Shown: positions 39,757-48,204 of the stretch, in pieces
How the letters are laid out: each line of letters opens with the position of its first letter
Numbering within the stretch: position 1 is the stretch's first letter
Assembly: GCA_965215515.1 (NCBI GenBank)
Contig: OZ244057.1
Coordinates: 640,001 to 704,000 of the forward strand
Length of the DNA: 64,000 nt
DNA from: Oligoflexales bacterium
GTDB taxonomy: Bacteria > Bdellovibrionota_B > Oligoflexia > Oligoflexales > JAPPIL01
Direction: 5' to 3'
Made by a program: the position numbers and the translations under genes
The notes under the pieces: generated by a model
What the model saw: only the letters and a program-made list of their open reading frames with translations
The model's database searches: none
What the model was told of the DNA's origin: nothing

Positions 39757-42585
39757 CTAATAGACAGGCAAGTTCTTGAGTTGTTTGATATCGCTAAGCG
39801 GCACGGTAGCAGGCAGGGTTTTAATTGCTGTACCCTTAGCGAACAGTGCCACCCACAGTTGTCCGCGTGCTAACATTTTCTCCCACGCGGCGAGCACCTC
39901 TTCTTTGGTAATTTTGCCCAGAGCAGCGATGACTTGCTGACGATAAGCGAAGTTGCCCTCCAGCTCGATCGCCTCGTTGCGCAGGCGTTGATGACGTTCA
40001 GAGATGTTTTTCTCTGGCTGTCGCAGTTTGGCGATGACGTTGCGCCGATAGTCCTCCAGCTTGGCAGCGCTCAAACCTGCCAGCTGTATCGTCATCACAG
40101 GGATAAAACCCTCTATACGCTGTTGAATGGCGAGAGGATCGTGGCTTGCCGACTGCACGATAAACCTCAGCCCTAGCACTCGTCTGCGGTAGTGCCGTCC
40201 TGCATGCACGATGTAGCCCAGCTGTTGCTTGGTGCGTAGTTCGGTGAAGAAAGGCGAGCTGATATGGGTGTCGATAATGCGCAACAGTGCGTCATGCTGC
40301 GGAGTGCGTGCTCCCAGCGTCATAATCCTCAACAAAGCATGGTTATTGCTTTCACTGGTGAAGGCATAGCTGTATTTCTTGTCCAGCTGCACCGTCTGTT
40401 GCTGCCCTCGTGCCGCTTGCGCTAGCGGTTTTGCTTGCAAGCCACGCAGTAGTGCACGCAGTTCGGTGTGCACGGCCGTGCCGCGTAGATTGCCGTACGC
40501 GATACCTTCGTAAGCCATTTCCGCCAACACCTGCTCGCCGTGAGCACGCACCTCCGCCAGCGTTACGCCGTCGATCAGCGGCTGGTAGGCTTGATAATCG
40601 ATCATCGTCGGTGTTATAGCGGTATCGAGCTTGCCCATCGCTTGCCGATAAGCGTCCTCCCAGGCGAGGTTAGCGAGATCACGACGCAGTTTGTTCTTGA
40701 TGACCGCGAAAGTCTTTTCGTCGATAGAGATGGCGGGAAGCTTCTCCCCCAGTGCAACTAACAACTGCGGCAACTTGTCCGCATAGCCGCTCAGGTTGAT
40801 ACCGATACCGTAGTCGGTGGGAGCAATATCGAAGTACAACCCCGCCATCGTGATGGGATACTTCCACTCGTTAATACTTTCGTTGACAGCACGGACGTAA
40901 AGCAGCGATAGCAGTTTCTGGCGCGGGTTGCTGTTTGTCTTTGCGCTTAGCAAGTGCAAGTACAGGTGCGCTTTGGGTAACTTGAACTCGGTGTCCTGCT
41001 GAAACCAAAACACACCTTGCTCGTCATCGAGTAATCTGTAGGGGTGGGCACGTTCCTCGTCGGCATAGACATCGAGCTTGTCAGGTAACCATGCGTTCGG
41101 TGCGGGATAGCGCAACGCGGGCATAGATGCGGGATTACGCCAGGCCTGCCAGGCCGCGGTAGGGATCTTCTGCACTCGATAGTGTGCTCCGTAATAGGGT
41201 TCAACGCGATCGGTGGGGACTCCTTTAGCCAACACCATCGCTTGCAGTTTGTCAGGCTTGAGATGGTCGAGGAAGAGCTTGAAATCCGCGGGCGAGTAAT
41301 CGAAGTAAAGACTGTCGTTTTTGATAATTTTTAGTGCGGGGTGCAGATACATGCGGGTGGCAAGACCGACTACCGCATTTGCTCCTTCAGGCGGGTCACG
41401 AAAATCGTACCACGTCTGTGCCATCTTTTTCTGTTCGTCGAAATAATAGCGCGGCAACCCCCCATTGCGCAGCATGTCGAGATAGGAGAAGAACAGGGCA
41501 GTGATGTCATCTGTCGCCTGTAGACCACGTTCGGTCGCCGTAATTCTAACCTCAAACTCGCCGACGTAACTGCTCGGACTCGTGCCAGCCGACAGTGCAC
41601 TGGCATAACCCTTCTCCTTCAGCAGCGATAGCAACGAACCCTCGCCTTCGTCGCCGATCAAAGCACCGAGTAGCTGGTAGGGTTTGCTGCGCCAGTAGCG
41701 ATCGGGAGAGGGAACGGCGAAGGTTAGGGTCAACTGCTTGATGTCTGCCACAGGTTCGATTGCGATGCGACGCGGCAAACTGGCAGGATCGTAAATATCT
41801 GCACCGAAGGCCAGTGCGGCACGCTGGTTGTTTTTGACTTGCGTAAACAGCGCCCTCACCAGGCGTTCCTGCTCATCGAGACCTAGACGCGCCAAGACCG
41901 CGAGATGCATGTGGTTGGCCGAGTAGTATTTGCGGTAGAAAGCACGCAACATCTCAGGGGTTGTGTTCTTGAGGGTTTCACGGTTGCCTGTGGAAAAACT
42001 CCGCCGCGGGTGCTCGGGGTGATACAAGGAACGCACGACCTGCCGCGTGCGCCAGTAGTCGTTTTGTAGGTTCTTTTGGTGTTCGGAATGCACGGCGGAC
42101 AACTCGCGCTCGACATACTCAGCGTTGAACAGGGGGGAGATAAAAAACTGCCCAAAGCGATCGAGTGCGCCGCGCAGACCGTCGTGATTGACCTCGAAGT
42201 GGTAATTGGTGTGTTCCCGTGCGGTGAACGCGTTACTGTAACCCTGAAACTCGCTCAGATACTTGCTATACTCGCCGACCTGCGGGTACTTCTTCGTGCC
42301 CAGAAACAGCATGTGTTCCAGAAAATGCGCCATGCCTTGATGGTCACGGGGGTCGGAAAGACTGCCGACCCGTATATCCATCGCTGCCGCGGACTTCTTC
42401 GCCAACGGGTCGTGCACGAGCAACACCTGCATGCCGTTTCTGAGTGTCAGTGCACGGTAACTGCGTCTATCCACAGCCTCGTTCTTCGTGAGCATCCCGC
42501 TCCACAGGCGCTGCCAGGTGGTGGTACACGCGCTCGCCAGCAACCCCACCACGGCGATGCAGACGCACGACCTGAGACACACCAC
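39757..42585 (-). CDS. M16A insulinase/pitrilysin family peptidase, lipoprotein
   Basis: AHFLEHMLFLGT inverted zincin motif, FFTELRTKQQLGY, lipobox ASAC. Confidence 0.92.
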   Translation of the reverse strand: MVCLRSCVCIAVVGLLASACTTTWQRLWSGMLTKNEAVDRRSYRALTLRNGMQVLLVHDPLAKKSAAAMDIRVGSLSDPRDHQGMAHFLEHMLFLGTKKYPQVGEYSKYLSEFQGYSNAFTAREHTNYHFEVNHDGLRGALDRFGQFFISPLFNAEYVERELSAVHSEHQKNLQNDYWRTRQVVRSLYHPEHPRRSFSTGNRETLKNTTPEMLRAFYRKYYSANHMHLAVLARLGLDEQERLVRALFTQVKNNQRAALAFGADIYDPASLPRRIAIEPVADIKQLTLTFAVPSPDRYWRSKPYQLLGALIGDEGEGSLLSLLKEKGYASALSAGTSPSSYVGEFEVRITATERGLQATDDITALFFSYLDMLRNGGLPRYYFDEQKKMAQTWYDFRDPPEGANAVVGLATRMYLHPALKIIKNDSLYFDYSPADFKLFLDHLKPDKLQAMVLAKGVPTDRVEPYYGAHYRVQKIPTAAWQAWRNPASMPALRYPAPNAWLPDKLDVYADEERAHPYRLLDDEQGVFWFQQDTEFKLPKAHLYLHLLSAKTNSNPRQKLLSLLYVRAVNESINEWKYPITMAGLYFDIAPTDYGIGINLSGYADKLPQLLVALGEKLPAISIDEKTFAVIKNKLRRDLANLAWEDAYRQAMGKLDTAITPTMIDYQAYQPLIDGVTLAEVRAHGEQVLAEMAYEGIAYGNLRGTAVHTELRALLRGLQAKPLAQAARGQQQTVQLDKKYSYAFTSESNNHALLRIMTLGARTPQHDALLRIIDTHISSPFFTELRTKQQLGYIVHAGRHYRRRVLGLRFIVQSASHDPLAIQQRIEGFIPVMTIQLAGLSAAKLEDYRRNVIAKLRQPEKNISERHQRLRNEAIELEGNFAYRQQVIAALGKITKEEVLAAWEKMLARGQLWVALFAKGTAIKTLPATVPLSDIKQLKNLPVY

Positions 42586-42588
42586 CGC

Positions 42589-43047
42589 TCACTCCCGCAT
42601 TGAGTTGAGGCATGTGAACGTATTACTCAGTGTGTTAGCGCCGCCGCGGTAACGATAGTTGACCGTAATCCGCAGATTGGCAGGCACGTAATCTCCCAGC
42701 TCAGCGCTGATATTGCGCCCTGCATTGAAGACACTCTCCCCCGCGGGTACGTACTCACGCTTGCAGTAGGTCGCCAATGCGCGCTGCGACAACGCATTGA
42801 GATCAGCGTAATCCCCCTGCTCCTCTCCTTCTAGCACCAGCGTGCTCGGGGGGCGGGAGACGATACCCTTGATCGACAACTGTCGTTGCCCGCTTCCCTC
42901 TTCACCTGACAGCGCACCCTGCACTGTGATGGTGTGCGTCTCGTAGGCGTGGAAACCCACACTCACCAACACCAGTCGCATCGACGGTTCCCCAGCGGCG
43001 AGAGACACCCCCGCCAACGAGCACAACAACGCCAGCATACATCTCAT
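42589..43047 (-). CDS. Hypothetical exported protein
   Basis: Signal peptide; tightly linked upstream of the M16 peptidase. Confidence 0.6.
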   Translation of the reverse strand: MRCMLALLCSLAGVSLAAGEPSMRLVLVSVGFHAYETHTITVQGALSGEEGSGQRQLSIKGIVSRPPSTLVLEGEEQGDYADLNALSQRALATYCKREYVPAGESVFNAGRNISAELGDYVPANLRITVNYRYRGGANTLSNTFTCLNSMRE

Positions 43048-43279
43048 ATCCCTAACCTCGTGACACGAAGAAAAAACAAACCACCCAAGCCCCTCATCCT
43101 AACACAACTCCAGAAGATAGCAACGGCTTAGTTGCAAACAAAATGGCTTCGCCCTCTACGTCTTGTCGTTCTGACAGGATGGAGACATCTACGTGGGTAA
43201 AGCAGTATTTCCGCGCCTTGACTTGCTCAAAACGGCAGAGGTATCATTGAGGGGTGGTGCGTGTGTGGGAGGGATACCG

Positions 43280-44005
43280 ATGAGTGACGAGAAAAAAAAG
43301 CCTCTTTCGTTAGAGGCCAAGCTCGATCGCTTTGAGGCCGCGTTGGCGGCCGAGCGCGAGGCACGTGCCGCTGATCGCAAAGATTACGAGGACAGGCGCA
43401 AGGCCGATCGCAAAGATTACGAGGACAAGCGCAAGGCCGATCGCAAAGATTACGAGGACAAGCGCAAGGCCGATCGCAAAGATTACGAGGACAAGCGCAA
43501 GGCCGATCGTCGCGAGTGGGCGGTCAAGATGGGAGAGCTTTCCCGCAAGTTGGGGAAGTTGGCTGAGTTCGCCATCGAATCTGGTATCATCGACACCCTA
43601 GAAGGATACGCCGACCTCGATGTCACCCATCTCGTGCCCAACGTCGAGGTACAGGCACAGACAGACGGGAAGGAGGAGTTGGGTGAAATCGACATTATTG
43701 CCAGCGGCAAACGCGACATCGTCGTTATCGAGACTAAGGTAACCCTAAGCCACGAGGATGTGGGTAGATTCGTTGCCAAGTATTTGCACAATTTCCCGCG
43801 CTGGCGAGCATCGTCACCGCATATTCTTTTGCCTCGCTGCGAGGGTAAGCGTATCTTCGGTTGTTTAGCCTACGCGCAAGCGAGCAACCACGCTGAAGCT
43901 GCCGCGGTGAAGGCGGGGCTGATTACCGTGCACGTTTTCGGCAGCAGTAGCAAGATTGCCCATCCCGACACTAGACTGGTCGATTTCCACCCCGCGGCGC
44001 GCTAG
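43280..44005 (+). CDS. Coiled-coil + PD-(D/E)XK nuclease-fold protein
   Basis: GGAGG RBS; 11-aa repeats ADRKDYEDKRK; GEIDII...VIETK motif. Confidence 0.75.
   Translation: MSDEKKKPLSLEAKLDRFEAALAAEREARAADRKDYEDRRKADRKDYEDKRKADRKDYEDKRKADRKDYEDKRKADRREWAVKMGELSRKLGKLAEFAIESGIIDTLEGYADLDVTHLVPNVEVQAQTDGKEELGEIDIIASGKRDIVVIETKVTLSHEDVGRFVAKYLHNFPRWRASSPHILLPRCEGKRIFGCLAYAQASNHAEAAAVKAGLITVHVFGSSSKIAHPDTRLVDFHPAAR
43370..43509 (+). repeat. In-frame 33-bp tandem repeat, 4 copies plus a partial copy
   Basis: GCCGATCGCAAAGATTACGAGGACAAGCGCAAG at 43370 (variant), 43403, 43436, 43469 and partial at 43502. Confidence 0.95.
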
Positions 44006-44083
44006 TTACCTGCCGCGTGGACAAAAATAACGCTGTCTAATACTAGCATGGCTCGCTCCCGCTCTGTCCTCCACGTTGTAGTG

Positions 44084-44112
44084 TTGACACTCCTGAATCC
44101 CGTTGGTATAAG
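44084..44112 (+). promoter_or_regulatory. sigma70-type promoter of the tRNA pair
   Basis: TTGACA-N17-TATAAG with TG extension and a GC-rich discriminator. Confidence 0.8.
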
Positions 44113-44138
44113 CGCGTCCTCATTGCCAGCGGCGGGAA

Positions 44139-44211
44139 GGGCTCATAGCTCAGTTGGTAGAGCAGCACACTTTTAATGTGCGGGTCCCTGGTTCGATCCC
44201 AGGTGGGCTCA
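44139..44211 (+). tRNA. tRNA-Lys(TTT)
   Basis: Cloverleaf GGGCTCA/TGGGCTC, anticodon arm GCACA-CTTTTAA-TGTGC, GGTTCGATCC; CCA not encoded. Confidence 0.95.
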
Positions 44212-44228
44212 CTGTGTGGTCGGGAACC

Positions 44229-44303
44229 GTCCCCATCGTCTAGCCTGGCCCAGGACACCGCCCTTTCACGGCGGCGACGGGGGTTCGAATCCCCCTGGGG
44301 ACG
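44229..44303 (+). tRNA. tRNA-Glu(TTC)
   Basis: GTCCCCA/TGGGGAC stem, anticodon arm CCGCC-CTTTCAC-GGCGG, GGTTCGAATCC; CCA not encoded. Confidence 0.95.
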
Positions 44304-44358
44304 TTTTTTGTTCTTGCCCTCGCACGGGGAGTGCTGGGAAGCGGCGGAGTGACGGTCG

Positions 44359-44970
44359 ATGGGCGGGTTTCTGCGACAGAACTGGTTGCGGGTGTGCAGT
44401 GTCCCGAACAACTTGACGTTGCTCCGTATCCTGTGCGTACCGTTGTTGCTGGTTGTTTTTCCCCTCGACCATTACATCACCGACTTGATCTGCGCGTTGC
44501 TTTTTTCATTGGCTGCGTTGACGGATTTTTTTGATGGCTTTTTCGCCCGTCGTTTCAACACAACCTCCAAGCTGGGCGAAGTTCTCGACCCTATCGCTGA
44601 CAAGTTACTCGCCGTTGCGATGTTACTGTTGTTATGTAGTGCGGGGCGTGTGCCTGCCTTGCTCGGTGGATTATTGGTGGTGCGTGAAGTTGCAGTGTGT
44701 GGTTTGCGCAACGTCGCCAGCGAACGCGGTTTGCAGTTGCCTGTAGAAAATCTCGGCAAATGGAAAACGGCGGTGTTGTGGGTGGCGATTTTCTGTTTGA
44801 TAATCGACAAGACGGTGCTCGGTGTGCCGCTGCGGGTCATCGGCATGGGTGGAATTTGGGTGGCTCTGCTGCTATCGTGGTGGTCTGCCTACCGCTACTG
44901 GCATGTATTCTACAGTGCTAGCGATCTGTCCAGCGCTGCGCCTCCCTCCTCAGGCGAGGAAAAGCCTTGA
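44359..44970 (+). CDS. pgsA: CDP-diacylglycerol--glycerol-3-phosphate 3-phosphatidyltransferase
   Basis: PNNLTLLR, TDFFDGFFAR, GEVLDPIADK, GKWKT. Confidence 0.92.
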   Translation: MGGFLRQNWLRVCSVPNNLTLLRILCVPLLLVVFPLDHYITDLICALLFSLAALTDFFDGFFARRFNTTSKLGEVLDPIADKLLAVAMLLLLCSAGRVPALLGGLLVVREVAVCGLRNVASERGLQLPVENLGKWKTAVLWVAIFCLIIDKTVLGVPLRVIGMGGIWVALLLSWWSAYRYWHVFYSASDLSSAAPPSSGEEKP

Positions 44971-45968
44971 CCAATAAACGTTTCGATGTTTGTTCCGCCG
45001 ACCATCCGATGATCGACTACACGATCGCGGTCGATGAGGCTGAACTTGCCGAATTGAGGTTACCCAAAGGTATCGGCAGCGCCATCAACAGCGAGCAACG
45101 ACGGGAAATGCTCGATCGTTTCCGCACTAGGATAATAAACACTGTCGTGGGCGGTTCGGGGGTGAACACTATCAAGACATTGGCTGCCTTCGGCAGAAAA
45201 ACCGCCTTCATCGGTACGATAGGCGATGACGAGGACGGGGCACGGATCAGATCGACCCTCGAAGAACTGGGTGTATACTGTGAACTGGCTGTGCAGAGCG
45301 ATTATCCCACAGGGGTCTGCATCTGTCTGGTCACCGACGACGGGGAACGCACGATGGCTGCCGATCTCGGAGAATCGCTGATCGGTTCGCAACGTGAGGC
45401 AGTGCTTAAACATGTTTCGCTTTCCCGCATTTTCCACTTCTGTGGTTATGCATGGTTGAGCAGCGCGGGGCGGGAGGTCATCGGCACTGCCATCGCCGCG
45501 GGGAAAGATGCGAGAACAGCCATCTCCTTCGATGTCTCCGATCCTTTCATCGTGCAGAACCACCGCCAAGATTTTGTCGATATTATCAAGAATCATGCCG
45601 ACATCATCTTCGCCAACGAAGAGGAAGCCAAGTCGTTGTTCAATCATTCTCCACAAGAGGCCGCCTTTAGCATTCAGTCGCTCGATAAGTGTGCGGTCAT
45701 CAAACTCGGCTCAAAAGGAGCGTTGATCGGCAACAAAAGCGACCAATTCAAGATTGCCCCCATCTCTACCGATGCCGTGGACACCACAGGCGCGGGCGAT
45801 ATGTTTGCCGCGGGTTTTCTCTACGGGATAACCGATAACCTACCCTTGCCTGTAGCTGGTTATTACGGTGCATTACTGTCTACCGATGTCATCAAACACT
45901 ACGGCGCAATGTTGTCAGACGACATCTACCGCCAACTCAAATCCAAACGTCGTTTCATCTACCACTGA
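44967..45968 (+). CDS. PfkB family kinase (adenosine kinase-like)
   Basis: GGSGVN, DGERTM, FANEEE, DTTGAGDMFAAG. Confidence 0.9.
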   Translation: MTNKRFDVCSADHPMIDYTIAVDEAELAELRLPKGIGSAINSEQRREMLDRFRTRIINTVVGGSGVNTIKTLAAFGRKTAFIGTIGDDEDGARIRSTLEELGVYCELAVQSDYPTGVCICLVTDDGERTMAADLGESLIGSQREAVLKHVSLSRIFHFCGYAWLSSAGREVIGTAIAAGKDARTAISFDVSDPFIVQNHRQDFVDIIKNHADIIFANEEEAKSLFNHSPQEAAFSIQSLDKCAVIKLGSKGALIGNKSDQFKIAPISTDAVDTTGAGDMFAAGFLYGITDNLPLPVAGYYGALLSTDVIKHYGAMLSDDIYRQLKSKRRFIYH

Positions 45969-46067
45969 TCTTTTTTTATTCTCAAAAAACAATTGACAAA
46001 GTTAACACAACAGGCGTAGGGTGGGCGGCGACGAGATCTTCAGTGCATAGATGAGGGGAGGTGGCCG

Positions 46068-46994
46068 ATGCAAAGGTTATGGGTGGTAGCCTGTTTGATG
46101 GCTGGCATGTGGACCGTCGAGCGTGATAGCGAGGCTCGCAGCAGTGCTGTCGGCGCGCTCAAGCAGCGCGGGGCTGTGTTGTGGAGCAGATGGCAGCAGC
46201 GTGTGGGTGCGTTGCCGCGGGTCAAAAAATCCTTGTTGCAGGCGGGGATGGCTGCAGCTTTGTGCACGACGTTGGCCTGCGGTGGGGTGACACAGTCTCC
46301 AGAGGTTGTGGAAAGCGCACCAGCCGTGGTGTCTGCACCTCAAATCGTGCCAGAGAGGCAAGAGAACGAGAACTTGCTCATCGTCACCAAGCTTTACGGC
46401 AAAGGTTTCACTGCCGCGCGCGGTATTCCCGCAGGCAGTATTGAGGCCTATGAGCAGAGCAAAACCGAGCTGCCCGTGCAGTTTTACGACGGTATGATGG
46501 TGCACTATGTGGAGGATGGTCGGGACTTTGTCCGTATAGTCGATCTCTTTGACGACAAAGTGCTCAAGGTTCGGCATTTAGGAGGCAGCGAGGTGGTGGT
46601 TGACCCTCAGACCATCGAGGGGATTATGGTTGGCGAACACCACGAGTACGGGCGTGTGCGTGTCTCGATGGCGGCGCAGCACGTGCGTTCTCTCAACACC
46701 GAGAGGGATGCGAGCGCTAAGCTTTTAGACAGTTTGCCTGAGGGAACGGTTTTTCACGGCGTGCCCCAGGTTATTTTCAGCAACGGTGTCTATGTTGTCA
46801 ATGTCGATGCTTTCTCAATCCGTAACGGCCCGATACAGCGTTCTTCTACCAAAATGCGTTTTGTCGCGTCCGTCGAGGATCTTGTTATTAGCGTAGCTCC
46901 CGCGCCATCTCCACCGCATCGCCAACAGCTCCTGCCTCGCCCGCGACCCGAGGGTAAACAACGCCTGATCGCGTCTCTGCCAGCCAGCTACTGA
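46068..46994 (+). CDS. Hypothetical exported protein with a doubled hydrophobic leader
   Basis: GGAGGT RBS; first hydrophobic leader, then a basic segment, then AAALCTTLAC lipobox-like segment. Confidence 0.7.
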   Translation: MQRLWVVACLMAGMWTVERDSEARSSAVGALKQRGAVLWSRWQQRVGALPRVKKSLLQAGMAAALCTTLACGGVTQSPEVVESAPAVVSAPQIVPERQENENLLIVTKLYGKGFTAARGIPAGSIEAYEQSKTELPVQFYDGMMVHYVEDGRDFVRIVDLFDDKVLKVRHLGGSEVVVDPQTIEGIMVGEHHEYGRVRVSMAAQHVRSLNTERDASAKLLDSLPEGTVFHGVPQVIFSNGVYVVNVDAFSIRNGPIQRSSTKMRFVASVEDLVISVAPAPSPPHRQQLLPRPRPEGKQRLIASLPASY

Positions 46995-47236
46995 GCTCGC
47001 GTGCCTACCGTCTCGTGGGCAGGTGGCGATGATGCTTGCCAGCGCGGGAAGTTGCGCAGATACCTGGTAACTAGTTTGTCCGCCAACAAAGGTCAAACTA
47101 CACAACGAAATAAAACAACTACAAAAAATATTAAGGCAAAAAAACAGCCGAGGGGGGGTCCGCTTTTTACGGGGGCATCTACGCAACCGAAGCTGGTTAC
47201 CTCTACCGTTATTCATCAGAAAAGTAGCGGCACCTA

Positions 47237-48178
47237 TCACTCGACCGTCTTACCTTCTTTTATCGCTTTAATATTGGCCGCAATACGTTGGATATCATCG
47301 TCGCTCATCTCTTGTTGGGCGTGCAGTTTCTTTTGCAACTCATGCAAATAGCGTTGCTCCGCAGGCAGCAACCCTACTCTTTTGCCCCGTAAATCATCGT
47401 AACGTTGCAAGGCATGCATCGCGTCCTGGTAATTATGGGTACGAGATTTCAATACAGATAAGTTATAAAGCACGGCTGGATTTTCTTTACTACGTGCCAA
47501 TAAGTATTTATATTTTTCCTCTGCCGCTTGATAATTTTTTTGCAACGCATCGACTACCGCCAAATGTAGCAGAGCATCAGGATGGTCAGTAATTTTAGCT
47601 AGTACTCGTTGAAAATAATCTCGAGCTTGATCGAATTGCCGAAACCGCAAGACAATCAGACCTGCATTCATTAACAAAGACGGATCGTGTGGATGTTTAA
47701 GCAAAGCTTTTTGTAAAATACGAAACGCCTGAATGTAATTCTCCCGTGCAATAGCAACCTGTGCTCGCAAGTTGGCTGCAACAGCACTGTCAACATCACC
47801 TAGTTGTTTGATAACAACATCTACCAACTTGTATTTTTTTTGTTTCAAAAGATTTTTGACTAAAATAAGCCTCGCCTGTTGAGAAGTTAAATCAAGCTTT
47901 AATGCCAGACGGCTGAAACGCACACTGTCGTCATACTTTCCCAGCAGAAAACACACCTGCGCAAGGTCGAGCAAGATTTTCATATTGCGCGGCCGATGAT
48001 GATGAACCGCAAGCAAACTCTGCCTGGTTTTTTGTAAAGCCTGCTTGCGTTTATGATCAGCAACAGGCTGTTCCTCATGGGTGTAGAGGTAATAGACAGA
48101 ATTTTTCTTGTCAACCTCCTTGATGTAAGAAACTGTCTGGCAAGCGACGAGCACAACACTTACTAACAGTACTTTCAT
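47237..48178 (-). CDS. TPR lipoprotein (GltE/AglT-like by context)
   Basis: Lipobox LVAC, TPR repeats (LLMNAG, VLYNL); directly downstream of the GltD-like gene. Confidence 0.7.
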   Translation of the reverse strand: MKVLLVSVVLVACQTVSYIKEVDKKNSVYYLYTHEEQPVADHKRKQALQKTRQSLLAVHHHRPRNMKILLDLAQVCFLLGKYDDSVRFSRLALKLDLTSQQARLILVKNLLKQKKYKLVDVVIKQLGDVDSAVAANLRAQVAIARENYIQAFRILQKALLKHPHDPSLLMNAGLIVLRFRQFDQARDYFQRVLAKITDHPDALLHLAVVDALQKNYQAAEEKYKYLLARSKENPAVLYNLSVLKSRTHNYQDAMHALQRYDDLRGKRVGLLPAEQRYLHELQKKLHAQQEMSDDDIQRIAANIKAIKEGKTVE

Positions 48179-48204
48179 AACCCATGTCTCCTATACTAAA
48201 TTTA

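Noticed and set aside
43370..43509. CRISPR or non-coding repeat
   Set aside because: It is in frame within a CDS and has no spacers
44139..44303. tRNA-targeted integrated element
   Set aside because: There is no integrase nearby, I saw no duplicated tRNA 3' end, and pgsA follows directly
46815..47240. 141-aa ORF overlapping the TPR lipoprotein stop (possible gltF remnant)
   Set aside because: No recognisable motif, runs through homopolymer-rich sequence and overlaps a convergent gene
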